This document shows, piece by piece, positions 29,267 to 38,907 of a DNA stretch of 64,000 nucleotides. Origin of the DNA: an uncultured delta proteobacterium (GTDB lineage: Bacteria > Myxococcota_A > UBA9160 > UBA6930). The DNA lies in NCBI GenBank assembly GCA_963716275.1, contig CAVQTC010000005.1:40959-104958 (forward strand), read 5' to 3'. Made by a program: the position numbers and the translations under genes. The stretch's first letter is position 1, and each line of letters begins with the position of its first letter. Below the pieces are notes generated by a model. That model saw only the letters and a program-made list of their open reading frames with translations. It did not search any database and was not told where the DNA came from.

Positions 29267-31015
29267 ATGTTTGACATCCTGATTCGGAACGCTCACATCG
29301 TCGACGGAACCGGCGCGCCCCCGTTCGACGGCGACATCGCGATCCACCAAGGCCGGATCCACGAGGTCGGTCGCGGGCTGAGCGGCGTCGCGCGCGAGAC
29401 CATCGATGCCGCGGGACGGCTCGTCGTGCCCGGCTTCGTCGACATCCACACCCACTACGACGGCCAGGTGACCTGGGACGACGAGCTCAAGCCATCGTCC
29501 GATCATGGCGTCACCACCGTGGTGATGGGGTGTTGTGGTGTCGGCTTTGCGCCCGTGAGGCCCGGAACGGAGCCCTGGCTGATCCAACTCATGGAGGGGG
29601 TCGAGGACATCCCGGGCACGGCTCTCACCGAAGGGATCGAGTGGCAATGGGAGTCGTTCCCCGAGTACCTCGATGCGCTCGCCCGGCGGAAGTATGCGAT
29701 CGACGTCGCCGCGCAGGTTCCGCATGGAGCGCTTCGCTTCTACGTGATGGGCGAGCGAGGGGCCAACGACGAACCTGCGACCGATCGCGAGGTGGCCACC
29801 ATCGCGCGGCTCGTGCGCGAGGCGATCGACGCCGGAGCTGTAGGCTTCACCTCGTCGCGCATCATGGGCCATCAGGCGATCGACGGGCGGCCCGTGCCGG
29901 GCACGCAGGCCGCCGAGGAAGAGCTGATGGCGATCGCGCGCGAGATGCGGAAGGCGGGCCGCGGCGTCTTCGAGGTGATCCCGTCCGGCACGATCGGCGA
30001 AGTGCCCGGAATTCCGAAGGACCGCTTTACGCCCCAGCAAGAGTTCGGCTGGATGCGGCGCTTCGCGCAGGCGTCGGGCCGGCCCGTGACGTTCACGGTC
30101 GCCCAGGTGTACAGCGAGCCCGAGAGCTACCGCGAGCTGCTCGAAATGCAGGACGCCGCGGTCCGCGACGGTCTCCCGCTGCACGGGCAGTTTCCGGTTC
30201 GCCCCGGCGGGGTCCTCACCTCGCTGCAGACCTATCACGCCTTCACTGCGCGCCCGACCTACAAGAAGCTCGCGGCGCTGCCTCTCGAGCGACGCGTGGC
30301 GGAGATGCGTAAGCCCGAGTTGAGGCGCGCGATCCTTGCGGAGCGTGACGAGCCGCGCTCGAGCGCGGTCCACGACAACTTCCATCAGAACCTCCAGGCG
30401 AGCCTCGAGTTCATCTATCCGATGCGCGAGCCCGTCGACTACGAGCCGGAGCTCTCGCGCTCGATCGGAGGCATGGCTCGCGCCCGCGGCGTCGAGCCGC
30501 TCGGCTTGATGTACGACATGCTCCTCGAGGACGACGGCCAAGCCGTCCTCATCGGTCTCCTCGCGAACTTCAAGTCGAACGACCACCGCGCGATCGAGTT
30601 CATGCTCGAGAACGCGAACGCCGTGCCGGGGCTCGGCGACGGCGGGGCCCACGCCAAGCTCATCTGCGACGCCTCCTCCTCGACCTACCTGCTGACCCAC
30701 TGGGCGCGGGATCGCTGGCGCGGGAAGCAGTTCCCGATCGAGCTCCTCGTCAAGAAGCATGCGAACGACACCGCGCGCCTCTACGGCTTGCACGATCGCG
30801 GCACGCTCGCCGTTGGCAAGCGCGCCGACCTGAACGTGATCGACTTCGACCGGCTCCGCATCGGCGTTCCTCGCCTCGTCGCCGACCTTCCGGCTGGGGG
30901 GCAGCGCTATCTGCAGAGCTCCGAGGGCTACGACTACACGGTCGTGAATGGCGAGCCCACCCGACGCGAGGGCAAGGACACCGGATTGCGGCCCGGGCGG
31001 CTGGTTCGTAGCTGA
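29267..31015 (+). CDS. N-acyl-D-amino-acid deacylase (D-aminoacylase) family amidohydrolase
   Basis: Intact 582-aa ORF with [13 protein letters not shown] (HxH), GCCGVGFAP and [10 protein letters not shown]. Confidence 0.8.
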   Translation: MFDILIRNAHIVDGTGAPPFDGDIAIHQGRIHEVGRGLSGVARETIDAAGRLVVPGFVDIHTHYDGQVTWDDELKPSSDHGVTTVVMGCCGVGFAPVRPGTEPWLIQLMEGVEDIPGTALTEGIEWQWESFPEYLDALARRKYAIDVAAQVPHGALRFYVMGERGANDEPATDREVATIARLVREAIDAGAVGFTSSRIMGHQAIDGRPVPGTQAAEEELMAIAREMRKAGRGVFEVIPSGTIGEVPGIPKDRFTPQQEFGWMRRFAQASGRPVTFTVAQVYSEPESYRELLEMQDAAVRDGLPLHGQFPVRPGGVLTSLQTYHAFTARPTYKKLAALPLERRVAEMRKPELRRAILAERDEPRSSAVHDNFHQNLQASLEFIYPMREPVDYEPELSRSIGGMARARGVEPLGLMYDMLLEDDGQAVLIGLLANFKSNDHRAIEFMLENANAVPGLGDGGAHAKLICDASSSTYLLTHWARDRWRGKQFPIELLVKKHANDTARLYGLHDRGTLAVGKRADLNVIDFDRLRIGVPRLVADLPAGGQRYLQSSEGYDYTVVNGEPTRREGKDTGLRPGRLVRS

Positions 31016-31057
31016 ACGGCGCCTAGCTCGTTACCCCACAACAACTGGGAGGACCCG

Positions 31058-31444
31058 ATGAGCGCAAACGAACTCGAGACCTTCGTGCAAGCCTTCGCCG
31101 AGGCCTTCAACAAGCGCGATCTCGCGGCGGCCGCAGACATGTTGTCGGACGATCTGCAGGTCTTCGACCACGTCCCCTACCGCTTCGACGGCAAGGAGGC
31201 ATTCGTCCGCTTTCTCGCCGCCGGCCTCGAAGGGATCGCAGCCGGCGACTTCGCGTTCCGGCAGCTCTCGTGTCGAACCTTCGGCAATGACTTTGGAGTC
31301 GCCAACGCCTACGACACCTTCTCCGGGGCAGGCAAGGACGGCAAGCCGATCGTGCTGCACGGGAGGACGACGCTCGTCGCCACCAGGCAGGGCGGCCGAT
31401 GGAAGATCGTGAGCGCGCACTTTTCGCCGCTTCCCCACGCATAG
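31058..31444 (+). CDS. NTF2/SnoaL-like (DUF4440-type) small protein
   Basis: Intact 128-aa ORF with an NTF2-like pattern (...RTTLVATRQGGRWKIVSAHFS). Confidence 0.6.
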   Translation: MSANELETFVQAFAEAFNKRDLAAAADMLSDDLQVFDHVPYRFDGKEAFVRFLAAGLEGIAAGDFAFRQLSCRTFGNDFGVANAYDTFSGAGKDGKPIVLHGRTTLVATRQGGRWKIVSAHFSPLPHA

Positions 31445-31469
31445 CCGGCGCCTCGCCGGCTCGAGCAGG

Positions 31470-32612
31470 ATGACACCGGCTCTCCGCCTACTCACCGCAT
31501 TCGCTTTCCTCTCCAGCGCCTCCCAGGCGCTTGGCGGTGATGAGCTCGACCGGGTGATCGGACGCCTGTTGGCCGCGCCGAAGATCGAGGCGGCGCCGGG
31601 CTTCCGCGCGACCGTGCTCGTTCCTCCGGGCGAGCTCTACGACCCGCTCTTCATGATTCCGCGCAAGGGAGAGGTCTGGCTCACGGACGACGGCGGCGAG
31701 GAGGAAGGCCCGGCGGGCGAGCGGGACACGGGCAGTCGGATCGTCGCGGTCGACCCACGCGGGAAGGTCTCCGTCGTCGTCGGCGCGGATCACACCGTCC
31801 CGATGATCGCCGCCGCCTTCGCCCCGCCGGGCTTCGGCAAGTACGCCGGCCAGCTCCTGGTGTTCTCCCAGGCGCGCACCGGCTGGGAGGGAGCGTTCCA
31901 GAGCCACATCATTCAGCGCCTCGACCCCGCCGAGAGCTATCGCGCCACCACAATCTGCACGCTCCCCAAGGCCGGCACGATCGGGAACGGCGTGCCGGGC
32001 CTCGGCGCGGACGCTCGCTTCGGGCCTCCGGGCACACCCTTCGCGGACCGCTTCTTCGCTGCGCTCCTGCTCAACTACTTCGTGTATCAGTTGACCGCGA
32101 ATGGTGCATGCACGCCGTTCGCCGACTTCAGCGCGTACGGAGCGCCCGCCGGCATCGGCTTCAGCCTTGACGGCGCGCACATGCTCGTGGCGGTCTCGGT
32201 GCCGAACAAAGCAGGCGAGCCCGCGTCGGGCAATCGGCCCAAGGGCGGCATGATCCTGCGCGTCTCACCCTCTGGAGCCATCGACCCCAAGCCCTTCGCC
32301 CGCGGCTTCCACTCTCCCGTCGGGATGGCGCTCGCGCCGCGCGGCTTCGGCGCCTACGGCGGGCAGCTCTTCGTGGCGGACTCCGGCGCGGGTGAGGTGC
32401 CGGTCCCCGCCACGCGCGCCCTCGATCCCGACGGCGTCGTCTACCGCGTCACGCCGACCGGCGAGCTGGCCGTCGTCGCTGCGGGCATGCCCTCGCCCGT
32501 GGGTCTCGCGTTCGTGGACGGCAAGCTCTGGGTCACGGACATCAACGGCGACTTCATCGGCGGAAAGCGCGAGCTCCCGGACGGCTACATCGCGGTGATC
32601 GAGGCGGACTGA
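31470..32612 (+). CDS. Secreted hypothetical protein, probable beta-propeller fold
   Basis: Intact 380-aa ORF with a signal peptide (MTPALRLLTAFAFLSSASQALG). It has repeated G-rich strand motifs and ends ...LAFVDGKLWVTDINGDF. Confidence 0.5.
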   Translation: MTPALRLLTAFAFLSSASQALGGDELDRVIGRLLAAPKIEAAPGFRATVLVPPGELYDPLFMIPRKGEVWLTDDGGEEEGPAGERDTGSRIVAVDPRGKVSVVVGADHTVPMIAAAFAPPGFGKYAGQLLVFSQARTGWEGAFQSHIIQRLDPAESYRATTICTLPKAGTIGNGVPGLGADARFGPPGTPFADRFFAALLLNYFVYQLTANGACTPFADFSAYGAPAGIGFSLDGAHMLVAVSVPNKAGEPASGNRPKGGMILRVSPSGAIDPKPFARGFHSPVGMALAPRGFGAYGGQLFVADSGAGEVPVPATRALDPDGVVYRVTPTGELAVVAAGMPSPVGLAFVDGKLWVTDINGDFIGGKRELPDGYIAVIEAD

Positions 32613-32729
32613 TTTTCAGCCGGGAGACCGCGGGGGCCCGCAGCTACCCTAAGACTCGGCGCCTGGCTTCCAAGTCGCCCGAGATGTCAGCGGAGCTCGA
32701 GCCCGGTTCAAAACGCCCCTTCTCTGGGT

Positions 32730-32916
32730 CCAGCCGAGCCGCTCTTAAAGTTTGCGTTCTTTAGTTGTAGTATAACGGTGCAAAGTGTATTTTGAGCGGG
32801 ACGGCACTTCAATGGCGTGCACGGCTTGCCGAGCAGGTCCCAGGGCAGCGCTTCTGAAGTCGGCTCGGATCGGCGCACGGCTGGACGGCGCACAAGAAAG
32901 GCTGGAGGTCGAGGAA
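32730..32916 (+). promoter_or_regulatory. Candidate sigma70-type promoter and leader of the LLM gene
   Basis: TTAAAG-N17-TAGTAT lies at about 32745-32773. It overlaps GTTTGCGTTC (32750-32759). Confidence 0.4.
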
Positions 32917-34269
32917 ATGCGATTCGGGATCTTCTTCGAGTTTCAGGTGCCGAAGCCGTGGCAGGCGGGCGACGAGGAGCGTGTGATCCGCGAGGCGCTC
33001 GCCCAGACCGAGCTCGCCGACCGGCTCGGCATCGAGTTCGTGTGGGAGGTGGAGCACCACTTCCTCGAGGAGTACTCCCACTCTTCGGCGCCCGAGATCT
33101 TCCTCGCCGCGGCGAGCCAGCGCACGCAGCGCATCCGCCTCGGCCACGGCATCGTGCCGATCCTTCCTGGGTATAACCACCCGGCGCGCGTGGTCGAGCG
33201 CGCGGCGATGCTCGACATCCTCTCTGGGGGGCGGCTCGAGCTCGGGACGGGCGAGACGACCACGAACGCCGAGCTGCACGGCTTCGGCATCGACGTGCCG
33301 AGCAAGGCGGCCATCTGGGCGGAGGTGATCCGCGAGATCCCGAAGATGTTCGTGCAGGAGCCTTACGCGGGTCATCAGGGACCGGCGTTCTCGATGCCGC
33401 CGCGCAACGTGCTGCCGAAGCCGAAGCAGAAACCGCACCCCCCGCTGTGGGTGGCGTGCAGCCGGCGTGAGAAGGTCGTGGACGCCGCGCGACACGGACT
33501 CGGCGCGCTGCACTTCGCGTTCACGAGCCCGCAGGAGGCGCGCGCTCACGTCGAGGCGTACCACAAGGCGATCGAGCTCGAGGCGGTGCCGGTCGGCTAC
33601 TTCGTGAACCCGAATCTCGCGGTGACGGTGGGCTTCCACTGCCACCGCAGCGAAGAGATCGCGATCGACCGCGGCATCGACGGCGTCCACTTCTTCGCCT
33701 ACTCGCTCCTGCACTACTCGGCCTTCGGCACGCATCGGCCCGCGCGGACCAGCGTGAACGCCGAGTTCGCGCAGAAGCGCGACGCGATGGGCTTTGCGCG
33801 CCGCTTCGTGAAGGCGGAGGGGCGCAACCTCGCCGAGCCGTCGCCGACGCCGGAAGAGGCCGCCTACGAGCGCGCTGCCGGCCTCTCGCCCGGCTCGCTG
33901 CAGGGGCTGCGCGGGGCGGTCGGCTCGGTCGAGCAGGTGCGCGCCTACATGCGCGCGTACGAGGCCGCGGGCGTCGACCAGGTGATCCTCGTCGCGCAGC
34001 AGGGCGCCACGAGGCACGAGCACATTTGCGAGAGCCTCGAGCTGTTCGCGCGCGAGATCCTGCCCGAGTTCCAGGACCGCCACGAAGGCCGCGAGGCCGA
34101 GAAGATGCGGCGCCTCGCGCCCGCGCTCGAGGCGGCGATGCGGCGGCGTGAGCGCGATCTGCCGGGGCCGGAGCACGAGATCGGGCCCACGCGCGGAGCG
34201 GCGCCGGCGCTGAACGTCGAGAAGCCGGCCGCCGCAGCGGCGCGTGGACCCAACGGAGTGCCGCGGTGA
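32917..34269 (+). CDS. Luciferase-like (LLM-class) flavin/F420-dependent oxidoreductase
   Basis: Starts at ATG 32917 (MRFGIFFEFQVPKPW) after GGAGGTCGAGGAA, inside ORF 32785..34269. The protein is 450 aa. Confidence 0.8.
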   Translation: MRFGIFFEFQVPKPWQAGDEERVIREALAQTELADRLGIEFVWEVEHHFLEEYSHSSAPEIFLAAASQRTQRIRLGHGIVPILPGYNHPARVVERAAMLDILSGGRLELGTGETTTNAELHGFGIDVPSKAAIWAEVIREIPKMFVQEPYAGHQGPAFSMPPRNVLPKPKQKPHPPLWVACSRREKVVDAARHGLGALHFAFTSPQEARAHVEAYHKAIELEAVPVGYFVNPNLAVTVGFHCHRSEEIAIDRGIDGVHFFAYSLLHYSAFGTHRPARTSVNAEFAQKRDAMGFARRFVKAEGRNLAEPSPTPEEAAYERAAGLSPGSLQGLRGAVGSVEQVRAYMRAYEAAGVDQVILVAQQGATRHEHICESLELFAREILPEFQDRHEGREAEKMRRLAPALEAAMRRRERDLPGPEHEIGPTRGAAPALNVEKPAAAAARGPNGVPR

Positions 34270-35478
34270 TCAGACGCAGTCGAGCGCGTCGAGATCGTCG
34301 ATCGCGGTCGCGGTCCGCTGGATCATCTCCAGCGAGACTTCTTCGGGCTGCATGTTCGGAAGCAGCGGCGAGTGGCAGAGCGTAGGCGTCCACATCAAGA
34401 GACCCTGGAAGAGCTGCTGGCGATAGAGCAGGAACGCCTCGTCGAACGCCAGCGCCGGGCCGCCGGCCGCGCGCACTCGCTCGAGATAGAGCGCGAGCAG
34501 ATCGCGCTCCCACGCGCGTCGATTCTCGACGGTGAGCGTCCCGGAGATCGCATAGGCGAGGTCGCGCGACCAGTTGCCCCGCATCACGCAACCCCAGTCT
34601 CCGAGTCCCATTCGGCTGGCGGCGGTGACGTACCAGTTCCCGAGGTGCACGTCGGAGTGGAGAAGGGTCTGTGGCAGCTGTGCGTGTCGGCCGACGGAGC
34701 GCATGAACGCGGGCCACGTCTCGGCGCGGCGCGCGTGCAATCTCGGCGGGATGACTGCGACGGCCTTCTCCATCGCTAGCGCGTGGTACTTGTCGAGCCG
34801 AAACGGCTCGGCCGCGCGGTACCAGGCTGCGACCGTGCGCAGCGGCGTGTGCGTGGCGAGGCGCGCGTCGCCCGCAAACGTCGCGTGCAGGGTCGCGAGG
34901 ATCGTGACGATCTCCTGGGCCTGCGCGCGCGAGATCACGCGCTGCGGCGTGCCGAAGGTCGCGCCGCGCGTCGCGACGAGGTCCTCGATCAGCTGGATCG
35001 AGCGCCCCGTCGTGAAGTCGTAGCAAGCGTGGTAGCCCCACGGCGCCTCGAAGTCGCGACCCAGCCGCGGGCGGAGGTCGTTGAAGAAGCACGCCTCGTC
35101 GGCCATCGCGCCGCTGCCGTAGGCGAGCCGGGCGGTGAGCGTCGGGGTCATCTTCGAGAACACGCTCGCAGGCAGGCCGCCGCGCATGCGTTCGTCCGCT
35201 TTCACGCGGCGCTCTCCTTCGGCGTTGTACGCGATCAGAAATTGACGGCGCACGGTGGAACCCGAGCTCCCGGTTCCGAGCTCGACCCCCACCACCTCGG
35301 CGCCCGGACAGTCGCGGCACAGAACGGCGGTCAACCATTCGGGCGTGACCGCCGTGTCGCGCGCGGGCACGTCGCCGAGGCGCCGCGCCTTCGGCGGGGC
35401 GAGACGCTCCCAGCCGAGCACGAGTCCGATCCTTGCGGTTCTGCCGACGAGGCGGAGTAGGGCTGCCGCTTGTCCCAT
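34270..35478 (-). CDS. APH/choline-kinase-like phosphotransferase family protein
   Basis: Intact 402-aa ORF with the catalytic loop LLHSDVHLGNWY and the metal-binding LGDWG. It is a paralog of 48919..50088. Its stop abuts the LLM stop (TGATCA at 34267-34272). Confidence 0.75.
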   Translation of the reverse strand: MGQAAALLRLVGRTARIGLVLGWERLAPPKARRLGDVPARDTAVTPEWLTAVLCRDCPGAEVVGVELGTGSSGSTVRRQFLIAYNAEGERRVKADERMRGGLPASVFSKMTPTLTARLAYGSGAMADEACFFNDLRPRLGRDFEAPWGYHACYDFTTGRSIQLIEDLVATRGATFGTPQRVISRAQAQEIVTILATLHATFAGDARLATHTPLRTVAAWYRAAEPFRLDKYHALAMEKAVAVIPPRLHARRAETWPAFMRSVGRHAQLPQTLLHSDVHLGNWYVTAASRMGLGDWGCVMRGNWSRDLAYAISGTLTVENRRAWERDLLALYLERVRAAGGPALAFDEAFLLYRQQLFQGLLMWTPTLCHSPLLPNMQPEEVSLEMIQRTATAIDDLDALDCV

Positions 35479-35605
35479 CTAGGCTCCTCGCCCGCGGGGT
35501 TGCCGATAGCTACGATCGAGGGTCGATTTTACTTAATTTTGCGCAGGAGAGTCAAAATAAGAAAACGTATAATATGATTTGAATGCCAACTTGAGGAGCC
35601 CCCGC
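35479..35605. promoter_or_regulatory. Divergent AT-rich control region (APH gene and BVMO relic/CoA-transferase operon)
   Basis: It contains TTTTGCGCAG (35537-35546) and a perfect TATAAT (35568-35573). GAGGAG lies 7 nt before ATG 35606. Confidence 0.45.
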
Positions 35606-35862
35606 ATGGCCGCGTCCACTCCCTCCGCCCGCTCTGTTGACTCTCTCGGCTTCGATCCCGACGCCCTGCGCGCGAAGTACCGCGAGGAGCGCGACAGGGC
35701 GAGCAGTACGGCGGCGGGCCGATCGAGTTCCATGAGCTGATCCGGAAGTGGCGCGCCGACGGTGAGATGAAGGGGCTGACGTTCACCGCCGATTCCGGCA
35801 CGGACACGCAGCGTCGGGAAGGCTCGCCCGCGCTCAGGACCGTGCGCTTCCCGGCCCCCTGA
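35606..35862 (+). pseudogene. Relic of a second BVMO gene (N-terminal ~30 aa fused to C-terminal ~30 aa)
   Basis: From ATG 35606 the sequence reads [31 protein letters not shown], which matches [20 protein letters not shown] of the BVMO at 17577. After a +2 shift at about 35698 it reads GEQYGGGPIEFHELIRKWRADGEMKGLTFT..., which matches EKWRADGRLEGLEL at the other BVMO's C-terminus. The stop is at 35860-35862. Confidence 0.6.
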
Positions 35863-35980
35863 GCCGGGGCCAGCCGGACGCCGCGAGCGAGAGGCCTCGC
35901 CGTGATGTGTACTCGCGGGAGTCGAACGAAGGGCTCAGCCCGATGAAGGCTCGGGGCCTCGCAGATTCGCGTGTGCCGCA

Positions 35981-38440
35981 ATGACCGGAGGGTCTCCTCC
36001 GCTCACGGACCTGCGCGTCCTCGATTTCAGCGACGAGCGCGGTCTGCTCTGCGGACAACTGCTCGCCGACCTCGGCGCCGACGTGGTTCAGGTCGAACCG
36101 CCGGGCGGGAGTGGTGCGCGGCGACTCGGCCCCTTCCTCGACGCCAGGCGGGATCCAGAGCGATCGCTGACCTGGGCGGCGTATGCACGCAACAAGCGCG
36201 GCATCACCCTCGACCTCGAGCGCGAGGTAGACCGGACGACGGCGCGCGAGCTCGTGCGCCGAGCGGACTTCGCAATCGAGTCGAGCGACCCGGTCGAGCG
36301 CTCGCGGCTGGGTCTTGGGTACCAGGAGCTCTCGCGCGAGAATCCCGCGCTCATCGTCGTTTCGATCACTGCATTCGGGCTCGACGGCCCGAAGGCGCAG
36401 TGGGCGGCGAGCGACCTCGTCGTGCAGGCGGCTGCGGGGAATCTTCTGCTGCAAGGCGACGAGGACCGGCCGCCCGTGCGGGTGAGCAGCCCGCAGGCGT
36501 TCCATCACGCGGCGGCGGAGGCGGCCTTTGGCGCACTGATCGCGCACACGGAGCGCGTGCGCTCCGGGCGGGGGCAGCACGTCGTCGTCTCCGCGCAGCA
36601 GGCGCTGCTGTCGGCGACGCAGGGCGAGGCGCTGAGCGTTGCCGTGGGCGACGTCGCGGGCGGAAGGGCAGGGGGTGGGCTGCGCCTCGGGCCGTTCCGG
36701 ATGCGCTTCACCTATCCCGCGAAGGACGGCTACGTCTCCATCATGCACGCCTTCGGCCCCGCGTTCGGCGCCGCCACCGCGCGGCTCATGGCGTGGATGG
36801 CCGAGAGCGGAGAGTGCAGCGCCGAGCTGCGCGACACCGACTGGGTCGGCTTCGGCGCGAGAATGTTCCGCGGCGAGGCGACACCCGACGAGCTCCTGGA
36901 GGCTCAGGCACGGGTGGCCGCGTCGACGAGCAAGCGCTCGAAGCAGGAGCTCTCGAGGCTCGCACTCGAGCGCAAGCTCCTTCTCGCTCCCGCAGCGACG
37001 CTCGCGGATCTGCTGGCGAGCGAACACTTCGAGAAGCGCGCAAGCTTCTGGAGGACCGAGCAGGCGGGCGTTCCAGTCACCCTACCGGGTCCCTTCGCGC
37101 GCCTCTCGCGGACGCCGCTGCGCTCGCGCCGCGGCGCTCCGCGAATCGGCGAGCACGATGCCGAGGTGCGGCGCGAGTGGCTCGCATCGCCTCCACGCGC
37201 TGGGCAGCCGCCAGCCGCGTCCTCGAAGGAGGCGTGTTCGAAGCCAGCGCTGGCAGACCTCAAGGTGCTCGACTTCTCCTGGGCGATCGCGGGCCCTACG
37301 GCGGGCCGAACGCTCGCGGACTTCGGGGCGACCGTCGTGCGCGTCGAGTCGGCGCGGAAGCTGTGCCCCAACCGCAGCGTGCGCCCCTTCCTCGGCGGCC
37401 GCTTCGGCGGCGAGCGCTCGACGCTCTTCCACAACATGAATGCCGGTAAGCTCCAGCTCGGGCTCGATCTCACGAAGCCCGGAGCGAAGGACGTGGCGCT
37501 CGATCTCGTGCGATGGGCCGATGTCGTGGTCGAGTCGTTCGTGCCTGGTGCGCTCGCGCGCATGGGACTCGGATACGACGTGCTCCGGGCCGCGAAGCCA
37601 GACGTGATCCTGGTGAGCTCTTCGCTGCTCGGTCAGACCGGGCCGCTCTCCTCGCTCGCTGGCTACGGCAACCTCGGCGCCGCGCTCGCCGGGTTCCTCG
37701 AGCTGACCGGCTGGCCGGATCGAGCGCCGGTCGGACCGTACGCCGCCTACACGGACTACATCGCTCCGCGCTTCACGGGCGCGGTGCTGCTCGCGGCGCT
37801 CGATCACCGCCGCCGAACGGGAGAAGGGCAGCACATCGATCTCGCGCAGGTCGAGACTGGGCTCCACCTGCTCGCCCCGCTCATCGCCGAGACGTCGGCG
37901 ACTGGAAGGGTTGCGACGCGTCGCGGCAACGAGGATCCCGACTGCTGTCCGCACGGCGTCTACCCTGTTGCGGGCGAGGATCGCTGGATCGCGCTCGCGA
38001 TCGCGTCCGACGCCGAGTGGCGTGCGCTCTGCGCCGTGCTCGGCCTGCCCGGCGAGGCGGCGTTGCTGAACGTCGAGCAGCGCCGCGCGAGAACGGCGAC
38101 CCTCGACGCCGAGATCTCCCGGGCCACCGCAGCGTGGGCGGGCGAGAAGCTCGAAGCGGCGCTGCAAGAGCGCGGGGTTCCAGCGCACCGGCTCCAGGAC
38201 AGCGCCGACCTGAGCGCCGATCCGCAGCTCCAGCACCTCGGGCACTTCGTCGAGATCGAGCATCCGAACGAAGGCCGCGCCGTGGTCGAGGCGTGCCGGA
38301 TTCGCCTCTCCCGCACGCCGGCGCGGCCCCCGCGCGTCGCTCCGACGCTCGGAGCGGACAATCAACGCGTGCTCGAGGAGATTCTGAGGTACGACGCGGA
38401 GCGGATCGCAAAGCTCGCGATCGACCAGGTGTTGGACTGA
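35981..38440 (+). CDS. Fused double family-III (CaiB/BaiF) CoA-transferase
   Basis: Intact 819-aa ORF. Two N-terminal signatures lie about 420 aa apart: LRVLDFSDERGLLCGQLLADLGADVVQVE and LKVLDFSWAIAGPTAGRTLADFGATVVRVE. Confidence 0.82.
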   Translation: MTGGSPPLTDLRVLDFSDERGLLCGQLLADLGADVVQVEPPGGSGARRLGPFLDARRDPERSLTWAAYARNKRGITLDLEREVDRTTARELVRRADFAIESSDPVERSRLGLGYQELSRENPALIVVSITAFGLDGPKAQWAASDLVVQAAAGNLLLQGDEDRPPVRVSSPQAFHHAAAEAAFGALIAHTERVRSGRGQHVVVSAQQALLSATQGEALSVAVGDVAGGRAGGGLRLGPFRMRFTYPAKDGYVSIMHAFGPAFGAATARLMAWMAESGECSAELRDTDWVGFGARMFRGEATPDELLEAQARVAASTSKRSKQELSRLALERKLLLAPAATLADLLASEHFEKRASFWRTEQAGVPVTLPGPFARLSRTPLRSRRGAPRIGEHDAEVRREWLASPPRAGQPPAASSKEACSKPALADLKVLDFSWAIAGPTAGRTLADFGATVVRVESARKLCPNRSVRPFLGGRFGGERSTLFHNMNAGKLQLGLDLTKPGAKDVALDLVRWADVVVESFVPGALARMGLGYDVLRAAKPDVILVSSSLLGQTGPLSSLAGYGNLGAALAGFLELTGWPDRAPVGPYAAYTDYIAPRFTGAVLLAALDHRRRTGEGQHIDLAQVETGLHLLAPLIAETSATGRVATRRGNEDPDCCPHGVYPVAGEDRWIALAIASDAEWRALCAVLGLPGEAALLNVEQRRARTATLDAEISRATAAWAGEKLEAALQERGVPAHRLQDSADLSADPQLQHLGHFVEIEHPNEGRAVVEACRIRLSRTPARPPRVAPTLGADNQRVLEEILRYDAERIAKLAIDQVLD

Positions 38441-38907
38441 TGGCAGATCGCGAGGAGAGCTCCGCAGGACCGTACGTGCGGGTCGTTGGGGATTGGACGA
38501 GCCGCGCGTGCGATGTGTTGGAGCGCGTTGCCGAGACGCTGCGCGCCGAGATCGGGCCTGCCGTGAGCGAGCCCTTCGCAAGGACCCAGGCCTTCATGGC
38601 CGCGGTCGTCGTCGAGAAGACTGCACGCGAGCTGCGGCTGCAGGCCTCTCGCGCGCAGGCGGACCAGGAGGAGGCTCTGGCCCTCGTCGCCGATCTCGAG
38701 GCGCTGCTCGCGGGAGCGAGCTCGCCCGCGCTGCGCGCGGCGCTGGCGCGTGCGCAGGGCGGATCCGCGGCCGCGCTCGGCCGCCTCGTGGAAGCGCTGC
38801 ATGCCGCGCGAGGCGAGCTCGGCGGCGACCGGTTCGAGACGGGGCTCGCGCGCGTGCGGCGCAGCTTGCGCGCGCGGCTCGACCGACAGCTCGAGTACGC
38901 GAAGTGA
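38440..38907 (+). CDS. Hypothetical helical protein (155 aa)
   Basis: Starts at ATG 38440, which overlaps the CoA-transferase stop by 1 nt. It forms the tail of ORF 37513..38907 and has an Ala/Leu/Glu-rich helical composition. Confidence 0.55.
   Translation: MADREESSAGPYVRVVGDWTSRACDVLERVAETLRAEIGPAVSEPFARTQAFMAAVVVEKTARELRLQASRAQADQEEALALVADLEALLAGASSPALRAALARAQGGSAAALGRLVEALHAARGELGGDRFETGLARVRRSLRARLDRQLEYAK

Noticed and set aside
33521-35338. Long minus-strand ORFs 33521..35338 and 49866..52241, and the non-homologous parts of 52051..54273 and 41980..44169
   Set aside because: These are Arg/Pro/Ala junk outside the segments assigned to real genes. They exist only because stops are rare at this GC content.
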